A program made the translations under genes and the position numbers. A stretch of DNA of 64,000 nt from Thermoanaerobaculia bacterium (lineage in GTDB: Bacteria > Acidobacteriota > Thermoanaerobaculia > Multivoradales > JAGPDF01). Where the stretch lies: the NCBI GenBank assembly GCA_039932315.1, contig JBDTQG010000015.1, positions 1,148-65,147 on the forward strand. Reading direction: 5' to 3'. Below the pieces are notes generated by a model that did not search any database, was not told where the DNA came from, and worked only from the letters and a program-made list of their open reading frames with translations. Below are positions 8,282 to 17,804 of this stretch, piece by piece; the stretch's first letter is position 1, and each line of letters begins with the position of its first letter.

Positions 8282-10615
8282 TCAGGTGGCGACGCTGTCT
8301 GTGGACTCGCTGCCCTCGTACGGCGCGATGTAGTCGCAGGCCTCGTTCGGGCAGACGAGCTCGGTGCCCCGCCGTTTGGTCGTCTTCAGCGTGAGCAGCG
8401 GGTAGGCGCACTTCGGACAGGCCTGCTGGACGGGGGGATTCCACAGTGCGAACTTGCAGTCCGGGTAGCGGCTGCAGGAGTAGAAGATCTTCCCGCGCCG
8501 CGACTTCTTCTCCTGGATCGTGCCCTGCTTGCACTCGGGACACTGCACGCCGGTGTCCTTCGGCGGCGCCGCAGGCGGCCCGGTCTTGCGGATGTTCTTG
8601 CACTCCGGGTAGCCCGTGCAGCCGAGGAAAACGCCGAAACGACTGCGCCGCATGGCCATCGGCTTGCCGCACTTCTCGCACGGCGGGATGTCGGAAGGCT
8701 CCGCGGAAGCCGACGCTCCGCCGTCCGCGGGCGCATTGAGATCGCGCGTGTAGTCACAGGGCGGATCGTTGCGATACGTGCTGCAGCCGAGAAATGCACC
8801 ATAGCGGCCGAAGCGCATCACGAGGTCCGCGCCGCACTTCGGGCACTTCTCATCCACCTTGACGCCATCACGCTTGACGTTCGGCATCGTCTCGGCAGCG
8901 GTGACGAGATCCTTCGAGAAGCGGACGTCGAACTCTTCGACGGCGCGCTTCCATGGCATCTCGCCCTCTTCGATCCGATCGAGCTCCTCTTCGAGCTGCG
9001 CGGTGTAGCCCTCGTTCAGGATGTCCGAGAAGCCTTTCTGCAGCATGTCGTTCACCATCTTGCCGAGAGCGAGAGGATTGAAACGCCCTTCGACCTTCTC
9101 CGCATAGTCCCGGGTGGTCAGGGTCGACAGGATCGAGGCATAGGTCGAAGGGCGGCCGATGCCGTTCTCTTCGAGCGCCTTGACCAGTGTCGCTTCGCTG
9201 AACTGCGCCGGCGGCTGGGTGAACTTCTGTTCCTTGTTGAGCTTGACGAGCTTCAGGGTCTCGCCCTCCCGAAGCGCCGGGAGCAGCCCGTCGGACTCGT
9301 CCTCATCGTCAACGTCGCCCCGCTGCGCGGCGCGACGTTCGGCGGCTTCCTCTTTGGCCTCCTGATAGACGGCGAGAAAGCCGGGGCTCTTCATCACCTT
9401 GCCGGAGGCGCGCAGCGTGTAGATGCCGTTCGCGATGTCGACCTGGGTGACGTCGAAGACTGCCGGCAGCATCTGACTGGCGAGGAAACGATCCCAGATG
9501 AGGCGGTAGAGCTTGAGCTCGTCGGCTTCGAGGTACGGCGCGAGCTCCTCCGGCGGCAGATCGAGGAACGTCGGCCGGATCGCTTCGTGCGCGTCCTGTG
9601 CACCCTTCTTGGAGGCGTAGACATTGGGCTTCGCCGGCAGCTTGTCGGCGCCGTAGGTTTTCGTGATCGTTTCCCGCACCGCGTCGATCGCCTCGGCGGC
9701 GACGCGCGTCGAGTCGGTTCGCATGTAGGTGATGAGACCGATCTGTCCGCGGTCGCCGATTTCGCGCCCTTCATAAAGCCCCTGGGCGAGCCCCATCGTG
9801 CGCTTGACCGAGTAGCTGAACTTGCGCGCCGCCTCCTGCTGCAGCCGGCTGGTGATGAACGGCGGCAACGGCTTCTGCTTCGATTCCTTGCGTTCGATCG
9901 CCGCGACCTTGAAGGCACCGGCGAGGAGATCCTTTTCGATCGTCGCGGCCTGGGTGCCGTCCGTGACCCTCGCCTTCTTGCCTTCGACCTGATGGAGCCG
10001 CGCCGAAAACTCGGGCGGCACCGACGCGGTGAAGCGCCCGCCGACGATCCAGTACTCCTCGGGATTGAAGGCGTCGATCTCGGCCTGGCGCTCGCAGACC
10101 ATCTTGAGCGCAACCGACTGTACGCGGCCCGCCGACAGACCGCGTTTCAGCTTGTCCCAGAGGAGCGGCGAGAGCTTGAATCCCATGAGCCGGTCGATGA
10201 CGCGGCGAGCCTGCTGCGCGTCGACGCGGTTGACGTCGATCTTGCCCTTGTTCTCGAGCGCCTTCAGCACCGCGGTCTTGGTGATTTCGTTGAAGGTGAC
10301 GCGGTGCATCTCGCCTTCGACGTCGCCGAGAACCGCCGCGATGTGCCACGCGATCGCCTCTCCCTCGCGGTCCGGATCGGGAGCGAGATAGATCTGCTTC
10401 GCCTTCTTGGCGGCATCTTTCAGCTTCTTGACGACATCCTTCTTCGTCGCGAGGACCGCATAGGTCGGCTCGAAGCCCGGACCGAGGCCCATGTCCTTCT
10501 TCGGCAGATCGCGGATATGTCCGACGGACGCTTCGACGGCCCAGTCGCGACCGAGAAACTTCTTCAGGGTCCGCGTCTTGGCGGGGCTTTCGACGATGAT
10601 CAGGTTTTTGGCCAC
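8282..10615 (-). CDS. topA: DNA topoisomerase I
   Basis: 777-aa ORF. Toprim start: MAKNLIIVESPAKTRTLKKFLG...VGHIRDLP. Active-site region: GLITYMRTDSTRV. Four C-terminal Cys4 zinc ribbons: CPKCGADL...C, CEKCGKPM...C, CPECKQG...C, CPKCAYPL...C. Confidence 0.97.
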   Translation of the reverse strand: MAKNLIIVESPAKTRTLKKFLGRDWAVEASVGHIRDLPKKDMGLGPGFEPTYAVLATKKDVVKKLKDAAKKAKQIYLAPDPDREGEAIAWHIAAVLGDVEGEMHRVTFNEITKTAVLKALENKGKIDVNRVDAQQARRVIDRLMGFKLSPLLWDKLKRGLSAGRVQSVALKMVCERQAEIDAFNPEEYWIVGGRFTASVPPEFSARLHQVEGKKARVTDGTQAATIEKDLLAGAFKVAAIERKESKQKPLPPFITSRLQQEAARKFSYSVKRTMGLAQGLYEGREIGDRGQIGLITYMRTDSTRVAAEAIDAVRETITKTYGADKLPAKPNVYASKKGAQDAHEAIRPTFLDLPPEELAPYLEADELKLYRLIWDRFLASQMLPAVFDVTQVDIANGIYTLRASGKVMKSPGFLAVYQEAKEEAAERRAAQRGDVDDEDESDGLLPALREGETLKLVKLNKEQKFTQPPAQFSEATLVKALEENGIGRPSTYASILSTLTTRDYAEKVEGRFNPLALGKMVNDMLQKGFSDILNEGYTAQLEEELDRIEEGEMPWKRAVEEFDVRFSKDLVTAAETMPNVKRDGVKVDEKCPKCGADLVMRFGRYGAFLGCSTYRNDPPCDYTRDLNAPADGGASASAEPSDIPPCEKCGKPMAMRRSRFGVFLGCTGYPECKNIRKTGPPAAPPKDTGVQCPECKQGTIQEKKSRRGKIFYSCSRYPDCKFALWNPPVQQACPKCAYPLLTLKTTKRRGTELVCPNEACDYIAPYEGSESTDSVAT

Positions 10616-10808
10616 AGGAGTCCGAGAACGGCTTCAGGGCGGCAGAAATTCCGCACTGCTCAGCGGCGGGTGACCGGCGGCATCCGGTTTCCTACCGGAG
10701 GATTACCGGTGCACTTCGCTTCATTCCAGCCGCCAGCGCCAGCCGCCAGCCAACCGGCCGGCGCCAGCCGACGGCCGCTTTTCGAGGGGGCGGACGCTAC
10801 CACAGGCG

Positions 10809-12128
10809 TCAAGGGGCCGCCCGGTCGCGCGCCCGGCGGTAGCCACCGCCGGCGCCGCGTACCGCCCAGCCGCCGAGCTCCATCTCGAGCAGTGCGGCGA
10901 CGACGCTTTCGATGGAGAGCCCGGCCGCGCTCGCGAGCGCCTCCGGAGCGCGATCGCGCAGCCCGTCGAGCTCGGCGTAGAGCGTCAACTGCGCCGGCGG
11001 GAGGTCCGGCCGGAGCGTCGCGCGAGTCTCGAGCGCGCCCGCGCCTCCGGACTGGGGCAGGCGTTCGATCGCCAGGCCCAGCCGGTCGAGGACGTCGGCC
11101 GGATGGGTGACGGGACCGGCGCCGTCGCGCAGGAGATCGTTCACGCCCAGAGCCTGCTCATCCGTGATCCGTCCCGGGACGGCCAGCACTTCGCGTCCGA
11201 GCTCGAGAGCGAGCCGCGCGGTGATGAGGGAGCCGGACTGCGCCGCGGCTTCGACGACGACGGTGATGTCGGCAAGCGCGGCGATGATCCGGTTGCGCAC
11301 GGGAAAGTTGCCCGCACTCGGCGGCAAAGCGCACGGATACTCGCTGAGCAGAGCGCCGTGCCGGCGGATGCGTTCGCCGAGCTCGCGGTGTCCTCGCGGG
11401 TAGTCGTGCTCCAGTCCACATCCGAGGACGCCGACGGTGACACCGCCGTCGGCGGCGAGTGCGCCGAGGTGCGCGGCGGCATCGATTCCCCGGGCGAATC
11501 CCGAAACCACGACGACGCCGCGACTGGCGAGCTCCCGCGCCAGCCAGGTGGCGACCTCGACGCCGTAGGGCGTTGCGCGCCGGGAACCGACGATGGCCAC
11601 GGCGGGCGCCGGGGCGATCGCAGAATGCGCCGCGTCGGCGCCGTTCAGCCCCGGGAAGAGATCCTGAAGCGGCACCTGGAAGCCGCCGGAAGCCTCTCCT
11701 GGGTGGGCCTCGGAGCCCTTCCCGGGGCGGATCTCGGAGGATCCGCACGCCAGGTGCGAGCTCGAGAAGTCGAAGCGAGCGAGTGTTCCGGCGAGGGTGA
11801 GGACGGGCGGAGGAAGAGCAAGGTCCAGCAGTCGGGCCGGATAGTCGGCGTCGAGCCGGGTGACGAGGCGGGCCGAGAGCCGGCTCGCCGCCTGCTCCTC
11901 GGCGCGGAAAACCGCCCTTGCGCTCGAGCGGCAAGCCAGGGCGGCCCGGATCGAATCCAAAGAGATGGAGAAGTGGGCGCAGACAGATTTCTCGTCGGCA
12001 GCGTGGATTCCGTCGCGCCAGAGCGACAGTTCCGCAGCCAGCTTGCACAGAGCGGCTCGCGAGAGACCGGCGGTGCGGTTCATGGCGACGAGGAGCGCGC
12101 GGTCGGATGGGCGGTCTGGGCCTTGCAT
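10809..12128 (-). CDS. dprA: DNA-processing protein DprA (Smf)
   Basis: 439-aa ORF. Rossmann-like DprA core: AIVGSRRATPYGVEVATWLARELASRGVVVVSGFARGIDAAAH...FPVRNRIIAALADITVVVEAAAQSGSLITARLALELGREVLAVPG. Sits immediately upstream of topA, as in many bacteria. Confidence 0.9.
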   Translation of the reverse strand: MQGPDRPSDRALLVAMNRTAGLSRAALCKLAAELSLWRDGIHAADEKSVCAHFSISLDSIRAALACRSSARAVFRAEEQAASRLSARLVTRLDADYPARLLDLALPPPVLTLAGTLARFDFSSSHLACGSSEIRPGKGSEAHPGEASGGFQVPLQDLFPGLNGADAAHSAIAPAPAVAIVGSRRATPYGVEVATWLARELASRGVVVVSGFARGIDAAAHLGALAADGGVTVGVLGCGLEHDYPRGHRELGERIRRHGALLSEYPCALPPSAGNFPVRNRIIAALADITVVVEAAAQSGSLITARLALELGREVLAVPGRITDEQALGVNDLLRDGAGPVTHPADVLDRLGLAIERLPQSGGAGALETRATLRPDLPPAQLTLYAELDGLRDRAPEALASAAGLSIESVVAALLEMELGGWAVRGAGGGYRRARDRAAP

Positions 12129-12309
12129 CTCGGGTCGACCGTATAGACGTCGTTTGCGCGGTACATCTGGCGGCTTCGGCGGCCGGACTTCTCATGCGAG
12201 AAGGCTGGAGTCGGGAAATGCGTCGTATATTCTGCGGACCGGTTCCGCGGGGCTGGTATCGATCCTCGAAAGCGTGAGGCGCCCCCCGGCCGGCGAGATA
12301 AGGGGAACT

Positions 12310-12879
12310 ATGAACCGGCTCTCAGTCCTCACCGTGGCGCGCAGGACAGTCACGGCCTCGATCCTGTTGTGGAGCGTTTCGACGCCGATGCTCGCGAAGT
12401 CGGCGACGAGCGGCAAGTCGCAACTGGCGTTCGGCGTCGACATGGCCAAGCGCGGACTGTGGAGCGAAGCGCTCTTCCGCTTCGAGCAGGCCCGAAAAGG
12501 CGATCCCGAAAGTCTCTCGATTCTCAACAACCTGGCGATCTGCTACGAGGCCGGCGGCCGCTTCGACGAGGCGCTGGCGACGTACAAAGAGGCGCTGAAG
12601 CTGAAGCCGGACAACCGCGTCCTGAAGCAGAACTACACCCGCTTCGCTGAGTTCTACCAGGGCTTCCGCCCGAAGAAGGCGGCACCGGCTGCGGCCATGA
12701 CCGTGACCGCGGTCGACGGCTCGACGCCCGGAACGAGCGTTCCGCCTGCGGATGCGCCGGCACCCGGCGGCATTCCGCTGCAACCGGTTCCGCCGGCCCC
12801 CGCGCCGGGCGAGCCGCCGTCTCCGACACCGCCGGCGCCGCCGACGGGCAGCGCTACGCCTCCCGGAGGTGGCCGTTGA
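12310..12879 (+). CDS. exported TPR-repeat protein with Pro/Ala-rich tail
   Basis: ORF 11860..12879 trimmed to ATG 12310 (AAGGGGA upstream); the upstream part is antisense to dprA. Signal-like N-terminus: MNRLSVLTVARRTVTASILLWSV. TPR blocks: GLWSEALFRFEQARKGDPESLSILNNLAICYEAGGRFDEALATYKEALKLKPDN. Confidence 0.75.
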   Translation: MNRLSVLTVARRTVTASILLWSVSTPMLAKSATSGKSQLAFGVDMAKRGLWSEALFRFEQARKGDPESLSILNNLAICYEAGGRFDEALATYKEALKLKPDNRVLKQNYTRFAEFYQGFRPKKAAPAAAMTVTAVDGSTPGTSVPPADAPAPGGIPLQPVPPAPAPGEPPSPTPPAPPTGSATPPGGGR

Positions 12880-13631
12880 ACTTTGCCGTGAGCTCGTCGT
12901 CCCATGTTTCCCGTCATCGTTCGCGCCGATGTTTGCGCAACACCTCGCTGGCGTTCCTGGCGTTCCTGCCGCTGCTTCTCTCCGTCGCACCGCTCTCGGC
13001 CGCCGTCGAGGTCAAGCTCCGGCTGCCCGTGCGTGCGCGCATCGATCTCACCGGCAAGAAGTCGATCACGCCGGCGCCGTTCATCGTGGTGACCCGTGAA
13101 GGGGCCGGAGAGACTCCCGGTGGCACCTCCCTCAACGTGCAGCGCGAATTCGAGCACTATCTGGTGAAGGTCCTGCGGCGCGAGACCTCGCTCAAGATCA
13201 TCGAGTCCGGACCGGTCGACTATCCTTCGTACGATCTCGACCTGCTGTCGCGGAACCGGGAGTTCTGGCGCGCCGTCGGCGAGCGGACGCAGGCCGATCT
13301 CATCGTCGCCGGCAGCCTCGATTTCGACGTCCAGGACAAGAGCGGATATCGCACCGAGGAGTACGTCTCGCCGTACGACGGCCGGATCTACTACCGGCAG
13401 GTTCTGGTCGAGCGCACCGGTTTCGACTACGACATCGCCATGATGGTGTTCGACGGCAAGACGGGCGAGCGGATCTTCTTCGACAACTTCAAGGACTTCA
13501 AGCAGTTCGAAGGCGAAAGCGCCGATCCGCTGCAGGGGATGTTCGAGAATCTGGCCTCGCTGGAGGATCGCATCGTCGGCGTGTTCACCCAGAAGACCGT
13601 CGAGACCAGCCGCTTCCTGATGACCGATTGA
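12876..13631 (+). CDS. exported hypothetical protein
   Basis: ORF in the track. TTG 12876 overlaps the upstream stop (TTGA); GTG 12888 is an alternative. Signal peptide: SLAFLAFLPLLLSVAPLSAA. I recognise no family; alpha/beta-looking sequence (ADLIVAGSLDFDVQDKSGY...). Confidence 0.65.
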   Translation: MNFAVSSSSHVSRHRSRRCLRNTSLAFLAFLPLLLSVAPLSAAVEVKLRLPVRARIDLTGKKSITPAPFIVVTREGAGETPGGTSLNVQREFEHYLVKVLRRETSLKIIESGPVDYPSYDLDLLSRNREFWRAVGERTQADLIVAGSLDFDVQDKSGYRTEEYVSPYDGRIYYRQVLVERTGFDYDIAMMVFDGKTGERIFFDNFKDFKQFEGESADPLQGMFENLASLEDRIVGVFTQKTVETSRFLMTD

Positions 13632-16600
13632 TTCGAAAGGAGCCTCTCTTGGCTGACCTGGATCTCCTCGCCCCGCAGGGCGTAGTGGCTCGACGTGCAG
13701 CTCGCCCCGGCCGACGCACGCTCTTGTGCACCGCGGCGGCGGTCGCCCTGCTTTCGCTGGCGTTCGCTCCGGCGGCTTCGGCCCAGTTCGGCAAGAACAA
13801 GATCCAGTACCGGGACTTCGACTGGAAGCTGTACAACTCGCCGCATTTCGTCTTCTATTACTACGAGGACGAGAAGGACTCCCTCGAGAAGGTGGCGTCG
13901 CTCGCCGAAAGCGCCTACGACCGGCTGACGCGTGAGTTCGATCATCAGATCCAGGATCCGATCCCGATGATCTTCTACGCCACGCACTCGGCGTTCGAGC
14001 AGAACAACATCATGCTGAACTTCATTCCTGAGGGTGTGGGCGCGTTCGCGAGTCCGGTGCGCAATCGCATGGTGCTGCCGATCGATCTTCCGGATGGCGA
14101 GCTCTTCCAGCTCATCATGCACGAGCTCACGCACATCTTTCAGTACGACATCCTCTACAAGGGCAAGCTCGGCCGCGGCGTCGGCGGAAACGCGCCGCAG
14201 TGGTTCATGGAGGGCATGGCCTCGTACATGGCGAAGGACGAGTCGACGTCCGACAAGATGTTCCTGCGCGACGCCGTGGTGAACGATTCGATTCCTTCGA
14301 TCCTGCAACGCGGAACGTCCGGGTTCCTCGCCTATCGCTTCGGCCACGCCGCTTTCGATTTCATCGAGGAGCGCTGGGGCAAGGAAGGATTCCGCGATTT
14401 CCTGTTCGAGTTCCGCAACACTTTCGGTGGTCGCGCCGAGCGCGCCGTCGAGCGCTCCTTCCGCATCGATGCTGAAGACTTCGACCTCGACTTCCGGCGC
14501 TGGCTGCGCAAGAAGTATCTGCCGGAGCTCGTCGCGACCGGCGAGCCGTCGGATTTCGGCCGGCCGTTCCGCGACGAACGGAATGAGATCCAGCAGGTCA
14601 TCTCCCCGGCGGCATCGCCGTCGGGGGATCTCGTCGCGGCGATCGCCGTCACGAGCGGCGATCTCGACATCGTTCTCTACGACACGCGGACGCGCCGTGC
14701 GATCGCCAACCTGACCAAGGGCTACACCGGGAGCTATCAGTATCTGGTGTCGCAGTTCATCACCACCGGCGCTCGCGTCGGCCGTGACCTCGCGTTCTCC
14801 GCCGACGGCAACTATCTCGCCGTCTTCGCGAAGCGAGAGCGCGGGCGTAGTCTGCTGATCTTCGATGTCCTCGCCCGGAAACTGGTGAAGACGATCGCGA
14901 TGGATGTCGAGCAGCAGATGAACCCGGCATTCAGCCCCGACGGCCGGAAGGTGGCCTTCGCCGGAAACCGCAGCGGACGCTTCGATATCTACACGGTCGA
15001 TCTCGAGAGCCGCGAGGTCGCGCACGTAACCGACGATGAGACCTACGACGGTTCGCCGGTCTACACCGCCGACGGCCAGTCGATCATTTTCAGTTCGACC
15101 ATCGGTGAGAATCACAACCAGCTCTTCAAGGTCGATCTCGCCGACCCGACCAAGCGCACCCGCCTGACGCAGGGCGACTGGAACGACAAGGACGCGACCT
15201 TCAGCTCCGACGGCAAGCGCATCGTCTTCACGTCGGACCGCTCCGGCACCGACAACATCTACGCCATGGAGCTCGCGACGGGGAAAACGCTGCAGCTGAC
15301 CAATGCGGTCACCGGCTGCTTCATGCCGGCGGTGCTGAAGCGCGACGGCTCGACGGATCAGGTCGTCTACACCGGTTTCTGGCGCGCGACCTTCGATCTC
15401 TATCTCGTCGACATCGACAAGCCGGTCGCGGAGTCGACCGTGGCGGTGCCGCCGGCGGAAGCGACCGACGCGCAACCTCTCGCACAGTTCGAGCCGGACA
15501 TCCGCGTGACGCTCGACGATGCCAACCGGTCGAAGTACCGCGGCTTCAAGCTCTTCGTCGAAGATGCCGGAGCGTCGGTCGGGGTGACCAGCGATCAGAC
15601 GTTCATCGGTAACTCCTACCTCTCGCTGTCCGACTACCTCGGCAACCACCGGGTGATTCTGAATTTCAACTCAGTGTCGAGCTTCTCCGATTTCGACTTC
15701 ATCTACGTCGACCTTTCCCGCCGCTGGAACTGGTCCGCAGAGCTGTTCGATCGGCGCGATTTCTACGTCCTGGGCGGCAACACCGGAAACGTCCTCGCCC
15801 GGCAGGAGCGCAAGCAGGCGATTCAGCAGACCGGCGCCGCGGTCTCCTACATCTATCCGCTGTCGCTCTATCACCGGGTTTCCGCGGGCGCCGGATACAT
15901 CATTCAGAAGGCGACACTGCTGCAGTTCGACGGCACCTTTGACGGATCGGGGCGGCCGAACTTCGACAGCCAGGATTTCAAGAGCGACTATCCGTACGCG
16001 CAGTTGTCGTTCACGGGCGACAGCGCGGTCTTCGGTCAGGATGGTCCGGTATCAGGGCGGCGTTGGACGCTGGGCGGCATCTACGCCTTCGACCAGAAAC
16101 GGAGCGGTGCGCTGTACACGCAGTACCGTGCCGATCTCCGGCAGTATCTCCAGGTGAGCCAGCGGAGCAACCTCGCGCTGCGGCTTTTCGGCGGGTACGC
16201 GAGTGGCAATCAGATTCTGCCGTTCTACTTCGGCGGGCTGGACGACCTTCGCGGCGTGGATTTCCGATCCATGATCGGTGACCGCGCGTTCTTCACCAAC
16301 CTCGAGTATCGGTTCCCGCTGATCGACATCCTGGCAACGCCGGTTCTTAACTTCCAGGGTGTGCGCGGACGCGTCTTCCTCGACGTCGGCGGCGCCTGGT
16401 TCGATTCCGCGGGACAGGGCTTCAGGTTCTGGAACGGTGACGAGAATCGTCTGCAGGACGCCGTTTCCTCTTACGGCTTCGGCTTCACGGTCAACTTCAT
16501 CGGCCTCGACCTGAACTGGGACTTCGCGCAGCTCTGGGACTTCAAGGACACGGTCTCGGACAGCTTCACGACGCAGTTCTGGATCGGAGCGCGGTTCTAG
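13628..16600 (+). CDS. outer-membrane fusion protein: peptidase-MA-like domain + TolB/PD40 beta-propeller + Omp85 (surface antigen D15) beta-barrel
   Basis: 990-aa ORF. TTG 13628 overlaps the upstream stop (TTGA); GTG 13685 is an alternative. Signal peptide: LLCTAAAVALLSLAFAPAASA. Peptidase-MA-like motifs: HELTHIFQ plus WFMEGMASY. PD40-like units: FSPDGRKVAFAGNRSGRFDIYTVDL, YTADGQSIIFSS, FSSDGKRIVFTSDRSGTDNIYAMEL. C-terminal barrel-like alternating sequence ends FTTQFWIGARF (terminal Phe beta-signal). Confidence 0.85.
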   Translation: MIRKEPLLADLDLLAPQGVVARRAARPGRRTLLCTAAAVALLSLAFAPAASAQFGKNKIQYRDFDWKLYNSPHFVFYYYEDEKDSLEKVASLAESAYDRLTREFDHQIQDPIPMIFYATHSAFEQNNIMLNFIPEGVGAFASPVRNRMVLPIDLPDGELFQLIMHELTHIFQYDILYKGKLGRGVGGNAPQWFMEGMASYMAKDESTSDKMFLRDAVVNDSIPSILQRGTSGFLAYRFGHAAFDFIEERWGKEGFRDFLFEFRNTFGGRAERAVERSFRIDAEDFDLDFRRWLRKKYLPELVATGEPSDFGRPFRDERNEIQQVISPAASPSGDLVAAIAVTSGDLDIVLYDTRTRRAIANLTKGYTGSYQYLVSQFITTGARVGRDLAFSADGNYLAVFAKRERGRSLLIFDVLARKLVKTIAMDVEQQMNPAFSPDGRKVAFAGNRSGRFDIYTVDLESREVAHVTDDETYDGSPVYTADGQSIIFSSTIGENHNQLFKVDLADPTKRTRLTQGDWNDKDATFSSDGKRIVFTSDRSGTDNIYAMELATGKTLQLTNAVTGCFMPAVLKRDGSTDQVVYTGFWRATFDLYLVDIDKPVAESTVAVPPAEATDAQPLAQFEPDIRVTLDDANRSKYRGFKLFVEDAGASVGVTSDQTFIGNSYLSLSDYLGNHRVILNFNSVSSFSDFDFIYVDLSRRWNWSAELFDRRDFYVLGGNTGNVLARQERKQAIQQTGAAVSYIYPLSLYHRVSAGAGYIIQKATLLQFDGTFDGSGRPNFDSQDFKSDYPYAQLSFTGDSAVFGQDGPVSGRRWTLGGIYAFDQKRSGALYTQYRADLRQYLQVSQRSNLALRLFGGYASGNQILPFYFGGLDDLRGVDFRSMIGDRAFFTNLEYRFPLIDILATPVLNFQGVRGRVFLDVGGAWFDSAGQGFRFWNGDENRLQDAVSSYGFGFTVNFIGLDLNWDFAQLWDFKDTVSDSFTTQFWIGARF

Positions 16601-16634
16601 CCGCGCGGATCCGGTCCGCGGAGCCACAGGGAGG

Positions 16635-17801
16635 ATGACGACGGAGACATCGGGCGAGCTCGAACGCCGGGTCCTCGAGCAGGAGGCACTGCTCGAGATC
16701 GGCCTGGAGCTCGCGTCGACCCTCGATCTTCGCCGCGTGCTCTCGGTCGCCCTGACCAAAGCGGAAGAGTTCTGCCGCGCAGAAACGAGCTCGATCTGGG
16801 AGCTCGACGAGCCTTCGGGTGAGCTCTTCTTTCGCGTCGTGCATGGGCGCGCCGCGCCCGAGATCGTCAAGCTGCGAATCCCCGTCGGCCAGGGCATCGT
16901 CGGTGCCGTCGCCGCAAGCGGCCGCGCCGAGACGATCAACGACGTCGCGAGCGACCCGCGGTGGCGGGGTGACTCGAGTGAGCAGTTCGACACGCGCGCC
17001 ATACTCGCGGTCCCGCTGACGGCGCGCGGCCGGGTGATCGGCGTGCTGCAGCTCCTGAATCCGATCGGCAAGGATTCTTTCTCGGAGCTCGATTCCCATC
17101 GCATGCAGCTCTTCGCCGGGCCGCTCGCGCAGGCGCTCGAAAACGCGCGGCTCTATGCGGCGCAGCAGCGCCTTTTCGTCGAGACCGTCACGGCTCTCGC
17201 CGAGGCGGTGGAAAAGCGCGATCCGTATACCGGCGGACATCTTCATCGCGTCGTCGCCTATTCGCTGCTACTGGGGCGGGAGCTGCGCCTGGATTCGGAG
17301 GCGCTCGAGAGTCTCGCGCTCGGTGCGACGCTCCACGACATCGGCAAGATCGCCGTTCCGGATCACGTGCTCCTCAAGCCGAGCGCTCTGAGCGACGAAG
17401 AGGCCGCGCGGATGCGGCGTCATCCGGAGGACGGCGCCGAGATCGTGGCGACGATCGAGTCGCTGCACGAGATCCTGCCGATCGTCCGCAGCCACCATGA
17501 GCGGATCGATGGCAAAGGCTATCCGGACCGGCTCGCTGGCGATGCGATTCCGCTGGCGGCCCGGATCGTCGCCGTGGCCGACACCTTCGACGCCATGACG
17601 ACCAGCCGTCCCTACCGGACCGCCTTGTCGCCCGAGATCGCCGCCCGGGAGATCATCTCCAACGCCGGTGTGCAGCACTGCGCAACGGTGGTCGCCGCTT
17701 TTGAGAAGCTCTACGCGTCGGGCCGCTTCCGGGTGGAGCTCGGCGAGCTGTTAGCTCGTTCCTTGTCGGCGAAAATCGAGCGAGAGTACAATGACTGGTA
17801 G
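16635..17801 (+). CDS. GAF domain / HD-GYP domain protein (c-di-GMP phosphodiesterase family)
   Basis: 388-aa ORF, AGGGAGG upstream. GAF-like N-terminal half. HD-GYP blocks: TLHDIGKIAVPD, RRHPEDG, RSHHERIDGKGYPDRL, DTFDAMTTSRPYR. Confidence 0.9.
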   Translation: MTTETSGELERRVLEQEALLEIGLELASTLDLRRVLSVALTKAEEFCRAETSSIWELDEPSGELFFRVVHGRAAPEIVKLRIPVGQGIVGAVAASGRAETINDVASDPRWRGDSSEQFDTRAILAVPLTARGRVIGVLQLLNPIGKDSFSELDSHRMQLFAGPLAQALENARLYAAQQRLFVETVTALAEAVEKRDPYTGGHLHRVVAYSLLLGRELRLDSEALESLALGATLHDIGKIAVPDHVLLKPSALSDEEAARMRRHPEDGAEIVATIESLHEILPIVRSHHERIDGKGYPDRLAGDAIPLAARIVAVADTFDAMTTSRPYRTALSPEIAAREIISNAGVQHCATVVAAFEKLYASGRFRVELGELLARSLSAKIEREYNDW

Positions 17802-17804
17802 GCG

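Noticed and set aside
13427-15649. 740-aa minus-strand ORF
   Set aside because: Antisense to the peptidase/propeller/Omp85 fusion gene, which has strong motif support. The Arg/Glu/Asp/Val-rich pattern is typical of a shadow frame.
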